Shown here: positions 20,087 through 27,622 of the stretch, in pieces
Layout of the letters: the number at the start of each line of letters is the position of its first letter
How positions within the stretch are numbered: the stretch's first letter is position 1
Assembly (NCBI GenBank): GCA_963648625.1
Contig: CAVJEZ010000001.1
Location: 1 to 43,440, forward strand
DNA: 43,440 nucleotides
From: Odoribacter splanchnicus
GTDB lineage: Bacteria; Desulfobacterota; Desulfovibrionia; Desulfovibrionales; Desulfovibrionaceae
Direction of reading: 5' to 3'
The notes under the pieces: generated by a model
Told to the model about the DNA's origin: nothing
What the model saw: the letters and a program-made list of their open reading frames with translations, nothing else
Database searches by the model: none
Made by a program: the position numbers and the translations under genes

Positions 20087-20470
20087 ATGTCTACTCCCAC
20101 CGATCTCAAATATTCCAAGAGCCATGAATGGGTCCGCATCGAAGGCGACGAGGCCGTAATCGGCATCACCCAGTTTGCACAGGACGCCCTGGGCGACCTT
20201 ACCTATGCCGACACCCTGGCTGAAGGCGAAGAGCTTTCCATTGACGGCGAATGCGGCTCCCTGGAATCCGTGAAGGCCGCAAGCGATCTGTACTCCCCTG
20301 TTGCTGGCACTATTACTGCCGTGAACGGCGAACTGGCCGATCATCCCGAAATCATCAACTCCGATCCCTATGGCAAGGGCTGGATTTACCGCGTGAAGGT
20401 ATCTGAAGTCTCTCCCGATCTGCTGGATGCCCAGGCCTACGACGCCCACTGCGCTTCTGAAAGCCATTAG
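20087..20470 (+). CDS. gcvH: Glycine cleavage system H protein
   Basis: YSKSHEWV, GITQFAQDALGD, ESVKAASD (lipoyl lysine), NSDPYGKGW; AGGAG before ATG 20087. Confidence 0.96.
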   Translation: MSTPTDLKYSKSHEWVRIEGDEAVIGITQFAQDALGDLTYADTLAEGEELSIDGECGSLESVKAASDLYSPVAGTITAVNGELADHPEIINSDPYGKGWIYRVKVSEVSPDLLDAQAYDAHCASESH

Positions 20471-20481
20471 CGGAGGGGATT

Positions 20482-21858
20482 ATGCCCTATATCCCGCATA
20501 CAGAAAAAGAGCGTGATGACATGCTTAAGGCCGTCGGCGTCAGCACGCTGGACGACCTCTTTGCCGATATAGCTCCGGACCTGCGTCCCAAAGCATTCTT
20601 GCCAAAGGAAGGCATGACAGAGCAGGAAGTCCGCGACAAATGCGAACGCCTGGCTGGCAAAAACGCCCAGAACCTGTCCTTCTTAGGCGCCGGATACTAT
20701 GACCACGGCATTCCCGCTGCAGTAGATGCCCTGTCAGGCCAGTCTGCCTTTGTGACAGCCTATACGCCCTACCAGGCAGAATGCTCCCAGGGCACGTTGC
20801 AGGCCATCTTTGAGTTCCAGACTGCCGTGGCAAGGCTGCTGGACATGGACTGCGCCAACGCATCCCTCTATGACGGTGGCTCTGCCCTGTTTGAGGCCTG
20901 CACCATGTGCGTGCGCCAGGCAAGGAACAGGAAGAAGGTTGTCGTTGACGAGGGCGTCAATCCAATCTGGCGCAAGATGCTGGCCACTTATTCCCGCAAC
21001 CTGCCCATGGAAATTGTGGTTGTGCCCCACAAAAACGGCGCACCAGACAAGGATGCCTTAAAGGCTGCCATTGATGCCGATACAGCAGGCGTTGTGGTGC
21101 AAAACCCGAACTTCTTCGGTGTTGTCGCCGATTATGCCGATGTCTTTGAGGCAGCAAAGGCTGCCAAAGCCTTAAGCGTTATCGCCGTCAATCCCGTCAT
21201 GCAGAGCGTTTTGAAGACGCCCGGCGCCATGGGTGCCGACATTGCCGTGGCCGAAGGCCAGGGACTTGGCATTCCCTTGAATTTCGGCGGACCCTACTTA
21301 GGCCTTATGGCCTGCAAAAAGGCCATGGTCAGGCAGATGCCCGGCCGCCTTGTGGGGCGCACCAATGACAAGGAAGGCAGGACAGGCTACGTGCTGACCC
21401 TGCAGGCCAGGGAACAGCATATTCGCCGTGCCAAGGCTACCTCCAATATCTGCTCCAACCAGAGCCTCTGCGCCCTGCGCAGCCTGGTGCATCTCTCGCT
21501 GCTTGGTCCTGACGGCCTGGTTGATGTGGCTGAGAACAGCATAGCCAGGGCCCATGAGGCTGCTGAAAGGCTGGCCGCCATTCCAGGGGTTACGCTTCTG
21601 AATGACCAGCCCTATGCCAACGAGGTGGCCCTGCTCCTTCCTGTCAGCGCTTCTGCCGCTGTCAGCCGCTGCATGAACAGTGCCCATCACACTGTTCCGG
21701 GCTATCCGGCCGGACGTGCGTACCCTGGCATGGAAAACGTCCTTGTTGTCGCCTGCACGGAAAAGCAGACTTCCGCCAACGTGGAGACGCTTGCCCGTGA
21801 TCTCGCCCGTGCCATTGCCGATGTCAGGGCTGACGAGGCCTTTGAGGCAAGGGGGTAG
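20482..21858 (+). CDS. gcvPA: Glycine dehydrogenase subunit 1
   Basis: MPYIPHT, FLGAGYY, TAYTPYQAE.SQG.LQ, LQAREQHIRR.KATSNICSNQ. Confidence 0.96.
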   Translation: MPYIPHTEKERDDMLKAVGVSTLDDLFADIAPDLRPKAFLPKEGMTEQEVRDKCERLAGKNAQNLSFLGAGYYDHGIPAAVDALSGQSAFVTAYTPYQAECSQGTLQAIFEFQTAVARLLDMDCANASLYDGGSALFEACTMCVRQARNRKKVVVDEGVNPIWRKMLATYSRNLPMEIVVVPHKNGAPDKDALKAAIDADTAGVVVQNPNFFGVVADYADVFEAAKAAKALSVIAVNPVMQSVLKTPGAMGADIAVAEGQGLGIPLNFGGPYLGLMACKKAMVRQMPGRLVGRTNDKEGRTGYVLTLQAREQHIRRAKATSNICSNQSLCALRSLVHLSLLGPDGLVDVAENSIARAHEAAERLAAIPGVTLLNDQPYANEVALLLPVSASAAVSRCMNSAHHTVPGYPAGRAYPGMENVLVVACTEKQTSANVETLARDLARAIADVRADEAFEARG

Positions 21859-21863
21859 GGAAG

Positions 21864-23309
21864 ATGCAGACAATATTTGAAAAATCCGTTCCTGGCCGCC
21901 ACTGCAAGGGCATAGGCCCCAAGCCTTCCGCCAAGAAGGCAAAGGACTTTTTGCCGGCAGACCTTCTGCGTGCTGAAAAGCCCAAAATGCCCGAGTGCTC
22001 CGAACTGGACGTGGTGCGCCATTTTACGCAGCTGGCCGGACGCAACTACAGCGTTGATGCAAACTTCTATCCTTTGGGATCCTGCACGATGAAGTACAAC
22101 GCCAGGATCAGCGAGGAAGTCGCAGCGCTTGCCGGCTTTAACAGGGCGCATCCCATGCAGGCCCTGCTTGATAACGGCAAAAGCAGCCAGGGCGCCATGC
22201 AGTGCCTCTATGAGCTTGAAAGGAGCCTTTGTGCCATCACCGGCATGAAGGGCTTTACCCTGCAGCCCATGGCCGGCGCCAACGGCGAGTTTACCGGCGT
22301 ATCCATTATTGCAGCCTATCACAGGGCCAAGGGGCGTGACCGCCGCATCATGCTCATTCCTGATGCAGCCCACGGCACCAACCCTGCCTCTGCTGCCATG
22401 GCCGGCTTTACTGTCGTCAATATCGAGTCAAAGGACGGCATGGTTGACCCTGCCGCTGTCAAGGCTGCTATTGACCAGTACGGCGACCAGGTGGCAGGCC
22501 TGATGATGACCTGCCCCAATACCCTGGGCCTGATGGAACTGCACTTAAAGGAAATTGTTGCCCTCCTGCACGGCATTGATGCGCTCCTCTACTATGACGG
22601 CGCCAACATGAACGCCATCCTTGGCAAGATGCGCGTGGGCGATGCCGGCTTTGACGTGGTGCATCTGAACCTGCACAAGACTTTTGGCACGCCTCATGGC
22701 GGCGGCGGTCCTGGTTCCGGCCCTGTGGGCGTGTGCGCGCGCCTCATTCCCTTCCTGCCCTCGCCCAGGGTGGGCAAGGCAGAAGACGGCAGTTATTACT
22801 TCCTGCCCGAGGATGAGCTCAGCATCGGCCATATCGGTCCCTTCTACGGCAGCTTCGGCGTCCTTTTGAAGGCTCTGGCCTACATCTGGCGCCTGGGCGG
22901 CGAGGGACTGGAACGTGTGGCCGAGTACGCCGTTCTCAATGCCAACTACCTGCGCGTCCAGCTTAAGGACGTTCTGGACGAGCCCTTTGACCGCCTCTGC
23001 ATGCATGAGTTTGTGGCCTCTGCGCCGCAAGGCATGCACGCACTGGATATTGCCAAGGGACTGCTGGAACGCGGCATGCACGCTCCCACCATGTACTTCC
23101 CCCTGCTGGTGCATGAATGCCTTATGCCCGAGCCTACCGAGACCGAGAGCAAGCAGACCCTGGATGAGTTCTGCCAGCTTTTGCGCGAGATAGTCGCCCA
23201 CGGCAAGGAAGATCCTGCCTGGCTTGAGGAAGCGCCCAGAGGCCTGCCCGTGTCCCGTCTTGATGAGACGCAGGCAGCAAGGCAGATGAAGCTGACTGAA
23301 GACCTGTAG
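21864..23309 (+). CDS. gcvPB: Glycine dehydrogenase subunit 2
   Basis: YPLGSCTMKYN, AHGTNPASA, HLNLHKTFGTPHGGGGPG, EPTETES. Confidence 0.96.
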   Translation: MQTIFEKSVPGRHCKGIGPKPSAKKAKDFLPADLLRAEKPKMPECSELDVVRHFTQLAGRNYSVDANFYPLGSCTMKYNARISEEVAALAGFNRAHPMQALLDNGKSSQGAMQCLYELERSLCAITGMKGFTLQPMAGANGEFTGVSIIAAYHRAKGRDRRIMLIPDAAHGTNPASAAMAGFTVVNIESKDGMVDPAAVKAAIDQYGDQVAGLMMTCPNTLGLMELHLKEIVALLHGIDALLYYDGANMNAILGKMRVGDAGFDVVHLNLHKTFGTPHGGGGPGSGPVGVCARLIPFLPSPRVGKAEDGSYYFLPEDELSIGHIGPFYGSFGVLLKALAYIWRLGGEGLERVAEYAVLNANYLRVQLKDVLDEPFDRLCMHEFVASAPQGMHALDIAKGLLERGMHAPTMYFPLLVHECLMPEPTETESKQTLDEFCQLLREIVAHGKEDPAWLEEAPRGLPVSRLDETQAARQMKLTEDL

Positions 23310-23342
23310 GCCGCACAGCCTGCAAGTGACGAATAGAAAAAG

Positions 23343-23371
23343 GGAGGTCCCGGCAACGGGGCCTCCTTTTT
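23343..23371 (+). terminator. Terminator of the gcv operon
   Basis: ggaggtcccg-gcaa-cggggcctcc followed by ttttt. Confidence 0.8.
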
Positions 23372-23486
23372 GCATTGGCGGACAGAAAAAACTCCCGGGC
23401 TGGACTGGCTGCCCTGCCTGCTATAATGTGTAGCACGGACGACCTTTAAGAAAACTCTAAAAGGAATTGCAAGGAGGATTTTTACC

Positions 23487-23762
23487 ATGCGTGATACTGT
23501 CACCATGCAAGTCAGCATAGACCGTGACATCAAAGAACAGGCCGGGATATTGTTTTCCAGTCTGGGGCTCGACATGTCCGGGGCCGTGAATCTGTTTATG
23601 CACCAGTGTGTCCTTAAGGGAGGACTTCCTTTTCCAGTAGAGGTGCCCCGCTTCAGCCAATGCACTGTGGAGGCCATGAAGGAAGCCAGACGTATTGCAA
23701 ATGATCCGTCCGTTCCGGCTTACGACAGCCTGGACGATGCAAAGAAGGAGCTCAACAGCTGA
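23487..23762 (+). CDS. RelB/DinJ-family antitoxin (orphan)
   Basis: IDRDIKEQA...LGLDMSGAVNLF...GGLPF...TVEAMKEA; AGGAGG RBS; TATAAT at 23421-23426. Confidence 0.88.
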   Translation: MRDTVTMQVSIDRDIKEQAGILFSSLGLDMSGAVNLFMHQCVLKGGLPFPVEVPRFSQCTVEAMKEARRIANDPSVPAYDSLDDAKKELNS

Positions 23763-23861
23763 GTAACGGCTGATCCTTCATGCCAGGTTCCCCGCAGGCT
23801 CCAAAAGGAAGAAAAGTGTGCGGCTTCCAGGACATGGGGAACAGAAAAACAAAGCACACAA

Positions 23862-23909
23862 AAGAAGCGCCGCGCAAGGTCTGTACGAAAACCTTGAACG
23901 GCGCTTCTT
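23862..23909. terminator. Hairpin downstream of the amtB-PII operon
   Basis: aagaagcgccg...cggcgcttctt with an inner caaggt/accttg stem. Confidence 0.65.
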
Positions 23910-23955
23910 ATTGGGCTTATGGGGAATTCAGAGGAGTGGCTGGATTATTTTCCGG

Positions 23956-24294
23956 CTAGACGGCTTCCTCGCCTCTTTCGCCGGTCCTGATGCGGATGCT
24001 TTCCAGAACATTAGATACAAAGATTTTGCCGTCGCCTACATGTCCGGTCCTGGCTGCGATGATGATGGCCTCGATGATTTTGTCGGCACTGGCATCGGCG
24101 CAGACAACCTCGATGCGGACCTTGGGCAGGAAGTCAACCCTGCGGGTCGTTGCCCTGTACACTTCCGTGTGGCCGTGCTGGCGTCCGAAACCGCGGATTT
24201 CTGTGTAGTTCATGCCGTTGACGCCCATGTCGGTCAAAGCCTTCTTGACCTTGTCAAATACGCTGGGGCGTATCAGAGCCTCTATCTTCTTCAT
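23956..24294 (-). CDS. glnB: PII nitrogen regulatory protein (GlnB/GlnK family)
   Basis: 112 aa; MKKIEALIRP, GFGRQ, DFLPK, TG..GDGKIF, IRIRTGERG; could equally be called glnK because it is linked to amtB. Confidence 0.9.
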   Translation of the reverse strand: MKKIEALIRPSVFDKVKKALTDMGVNGMNYTEIRGFGRQHGHTEVYRATTRRVDFLPKVRIEVVCADASADKIIEAIIIAARTGHVGDGKIFVSNVLESIRIRTGERGEEAV

Positions 24295-24368
24295 TGTTGT
24301 GTCTCCGTTATTAGTAGCTTGAGCAATATACTCGTTGTTTGCGGGCTATCAGGAAGAAAGCCTTGCAG

Positions 24369-25577
24369 CTAGATATTGTAGCCGCGTTCGTTGTGGAGGT
24401 TAAGATCCAGGCCGGAGACTTCTTCGTCTGCTGTAGCTCTGATGCCGATGGTGGCATTAACCACAGCCAGGATGATGCGGCTGACGATGTATACATATAC
24501 CCAGGTGCCGACCACAGAGACAGCCTGAATGCCAACCTGGGCGGGATTGCCGGCGAGCAGTCCGTCAACGCCGTTGACGCTTGCCACACAGAACACGCCT
24601 GTCAGGATAGCGCCTACTGTGCCACCGAAACCGTGGATGCCCACAACGTCAAGGGCGTCGTCGTAACCGAACTTGGTCTTGAGCATCACGCCGCCGTAGC
24701 AGGCCACGCCGCCGACAAAGCCCATGATGATGGCTGCATTAAGAGGAACAAAGCCGGCAGCAGGAGTGATGCAGACCAGGCCTGCAAGGGCGCCGGAGGC
24801 AGCACCAAGGGAAGTGGGCTTGCCAGTACGAATCCATTCAACCAGAAGCCATCCGACGATACCGAAGGCCGTGGCGATGTGGGTGGTAGCAAAAGCATGG
24901 GCAGCGAGGTCGCCGGCGCTAAGGGCGGAACCGGCATTGAAGCCGAACCAGCCGAGCCAGAGGAGACCGCAGCCAAGCAGGGTCATGGGCAGGTTGTGAG
25001 GGCCTTCGCTGGAAAGACCGGATTCAAGACGGGGTCCGAGAGCCTGGGCACAGGCCAGGGCAGCCGCACCGGAAGCCATATGGACAACAGCGCCGCCAGC
25101 AAAGTCAATGGCACCGAGCTGGGCCATCCAGCCGCCGCCCCACACCCAGTGGGCCATGGGGCAGTAGGCAAATATCAGCCACAGGCCGGAGAAGAGCAGC
25201 ATGGCAGAGAATTTCATGCGTTCAGCATAGCCGCCAGAGATCAGGGCTACTGTCAGGCAGGCGAACATGCACTGGAACATGAAGAAGGTGGCATGGGGAA
25301 GGTTCTCGGCGGCAGGTGCTACCGTACCGGTTATACCGTTCATCATAAAGTAGCTGAAGTCGCCGATGATACCGTTGACATCATGGCCAAAGGCCAGCGA
25401 GTAGCCAACGATAATCCAGATAACCGTTCCCAGCGCAAGGGAAGCGTAGCTGTGCATGGTGGTTGAAAGCACGTTCCTGGAACGGACCAGACCGCCATAG
25501 AAGAGGGCCAAAGCCGGGGTCATTACAAAGACCAGGCCGGCACAGATAAGTATGAAAGCATTGTCAGCAGCGTTCAT
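24369..25577 (-). CDS. amtB: Ammonium transporter
   Basis: MTPALALFYGG, FQCMFA, DFAGGAVVH, LWLGWFGFNAGS, DDALDVVGIHG. Confidence 0.96.
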   Translation of the reverse strand: MNAADNAFILICAGLVFVMTPALALFYGGLVRSRNVLSTTMHSYASLALGTVIWIIVGYSLAFGHDVNGIIGDFSYFMMNGITGTVAPAAENLPHATFFMFQCMFACLTVALISGGYAERMKFSAMLLFSGLWLIFAYCPMAHWVWGGGWMAQLGAIDFAGGAVVHMASGAAALACAQALGPRLESGLSSEGPHNLPMTLLGCGLLWLGWFGFNAGSALSAGDLAAHAFATTHIATAFGIVGWLLVEWIRTGKPTSLGAASGALAGLVCITPAAGFVPLNAAIIMGFVGGVACYGGVMLKTKFGYDDALDVVGIHGFGGTVGAILTGVFCVASVNGVDGLLAGNPAQVGIQAVSVVGTWVYVYIVSRIILAVVNATIGIRATADEEVSGLDLNLHNERGYNI

Positions 25578-25664
25578 GTGTCATTTCCTTACAAGTAACC
25601 TCAGATGGGACCGGACTAATCGTTGTCGTCACTTGTCGGACACGTTCCGGATTGCCTGGTATAT

Positions 25665-25680
25665 TGCACAGAGCGTGCCA
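25665..25680 (-). promoter_or_regulatory. Sigma-54 promoter of amtB-PII
   Basis: Minus strand TGGCACGCTCTGTGCA: GG-N10-GC spacing, one mismatch to TGGCAC-N5-TTGCW. Confidence 0.75.
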
Positions 25681-25816
25681 AAGTATGCCGCTGCTGGAAA
25701 TATTTTTTGCTGTTTTTCTCTTTGTTGCCTGATTACAGGCAGTTGCACTTTCTTTTTGTCACTTGTATCCATGGAGCGTCATCCTAAACGGGACAAGGAA
25801 GAATTTTCAATTTATG

Positions 25817-26045
25817 ACATTTTTGTAACTTTCCGTCCTGACACAGTACAAAATATCCGTTTCAGGCAGGATAGAAAATGCTAAAGCGTGGCTTTATATC
25901 ATAGTGTTTTGATAAACTACATTTTTGTAATAAATATTTCCTTCTTAGGCGGACTGACAGGGAAGGCAGGCTTTTTTAGGAGTTTTTCAGGAAAAGTGAC
26001 TGTTTGACCAATGAATAAAGCCTGTTTCTTTGTTACATTTTTGTA
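25817..26045. promoter_or_regulatory. Three copies of ACATTTTTGTA, candidate enhancer-binding-protein sites
   Basis: Exact copies at 25817-25827, 25919-25929 and 26035-26045. Confidence 0.5.
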
Positions 26046-26267
26046 GAAAATTATTGTCTGACAGCACTTGCCCTTGTATGGCCGCTGCTGTTCCCAGGGC
26101 CTGGACCTTGTTTTGAAAATTGCCGCCGTACCTGATATCTATCATTTAACAGGGCATTGATTGCCTGGTACCATCGGACCTTTGACAGGGATGGTGCCGG
26201 ATCGTATGCCTTCTTAAGTCCTTAACCTTTTACTGAGGGGCAGTCTCTTCCCCCATGCGAGCAAAGT

Positions 26268-27047
26268 ATGTCTTCTATTGACTGGAACAAAAAGCAGTGT
26301 GTCGTGCTTGATCTTGACGGAACCGTGTACCTTGGGAACATCCCCATTGCTGAATCCGTCGCTGCCATACAGCGCAACTATGACAGGTTCGATTTTTATT
26401 TTCTGAGCAACAATACGTCGCACTCGCCTGATTCCTACGTAACAAAGCTCAATAAGATGGGCATACCGGCCCGCCTGGACCAGTTTCTCTGCCCGACCAC
26501 GCCCCTGGTCGATTACCTTAAGGAAGAGGGCATAGGCACGGCCTATGTTGTGGGCAATACCCTTTTCAAGAATGACCTGGCCAGGCGCTTCCCTGAGCTC
26601 AAACAGCAGGAAGAGGGCGCTGAATGCGTCATTCTGGCCTACGACACGGAGCTCACCTACGAGAAGCTTGCCCGCTCAGCCCTCCTGCTTCAGAAAAAGA
26701 ACGTGCGCTTTTTTGCCACCCATCCTGACCTTGTCTGTCCTTCTCCCGAAGGCCCCCTTCCGGATGTGGGCAGCTTCCTATCCTTATATGAGACTGCAAC
26801 CGGCAGGCGCCCTGAAAAGATCTTTGGCAAGCCGAGGACAGAGGTCCTTGAGCCTGTTTTCAAAAAGTATCCCAGGGAAGCGGTTGTCATGGCTGGCGAC
26901 AGGCTGAGCACGGACAAAAAGCTGGCCGAAAATGCCGGCATCGACTTTATATGCGTTTTGAGCGGCGAGGCGACAGCAGAAGACGTACAGAAGGAAGAAA
27001 GGCAGCCGACTGTTATTGCGCCTACACTCGGCCATGCCATGCCGTAG
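26268..27047 (+). CDS. HAD-IIA (NagD-like) phosphatase
   Basis: DLDGTVY, FLSNN, ATHPDL.CP, FGKP, MAGDRLSTD. Confidence 0.92.
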   Translation: MSSIDWNKKQCVVLDLDGTVYLGNIPIAESVAAIQRNYDRFDFYFLSNNTSHSPDSYVTKLNKMGIPARLDQFLCPTTPLVDYLKEEGIGTAYVVGNTLFKNDLARRFPELKQQEEGAECVILAYDTELTYEKLARSALLLQKKNVRFFATHPDLVCPSPEGPLPDVGSFLSLYETATGRRPEKIFGKPRTEVLEPVFKKYPREAVVMAGDRLSTDKKLAENAGIDFICVLSGEATAEDVQKEERQPTVIAPTLGHAMP

Positions 27048-27119
27048 GCTGCTGAAAACATATTCAGGAAAGGCTTTCTTTTATCAGCCTGGCCGCAAGT
27101 ACAGACTGCAGTGCCTGCA

Positions 27120-27362
27120 ATGCGTCTCTTATACGCAGCCTTGTGCGGGCCGGAGTATTTGCAAGGCCGGAGCAGTCACAAAAAGAATGTACTGTATCAC
27201 TCATGGATTTGCAGGGCTGCCAGAGTGCTGGGGATTGCAATGCTGTTGCCTTGCTGTTTCGGGCCGGATGCCTGGCCATTAAGGACGCTGATCCCAATGG
27301 AGTGCTTGCTGTGCTGGCCTGTCCCAATAAGGAAGTGGCATCTTCCATGGAATTATTGCGTT
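27120..27362 (+). pseudogene. Internal fragment of an AAA-ATPase_like / PD-(D/E)XK (PDDEXK_9-type) gene
   Basis: ALLFRAGCLAIKDADPNGVLAVLACPNKEVASSM resembles the family motif LL-x-Q-x-GYLTIK...L-x-x-PN-x-EV; no Walker A or nuclease part. Confidence 0.55.
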
Positions 27363-27622
27363 CCCGGGAATGTGCCAGATCCTGTTGCCAGGCCCAGTGC
27401 TAAAGGAACGTTTGAATTTGGGCACTAAATGAAATATAAAGCCGCCTTGCACGGTGCTGAAAGGCATTGTGCCAACCGGGCGCAGGGCACAGGGACCATG
27501 CCAGACAATGTCTGGCAATATCCTGCATGTGCCGCCGGCTTTTCAGTCTGAAGGCATCATCATATTATTATAATGATGGCAAAGCCTGCGTCCGAGTTTT
27601 CCGCTGGCGAGAGGTGTGAATA

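Noticed and set aside
24339..25466. 375-aa plus-strand ORF
   Set aside because: Antisense shadow of amtB
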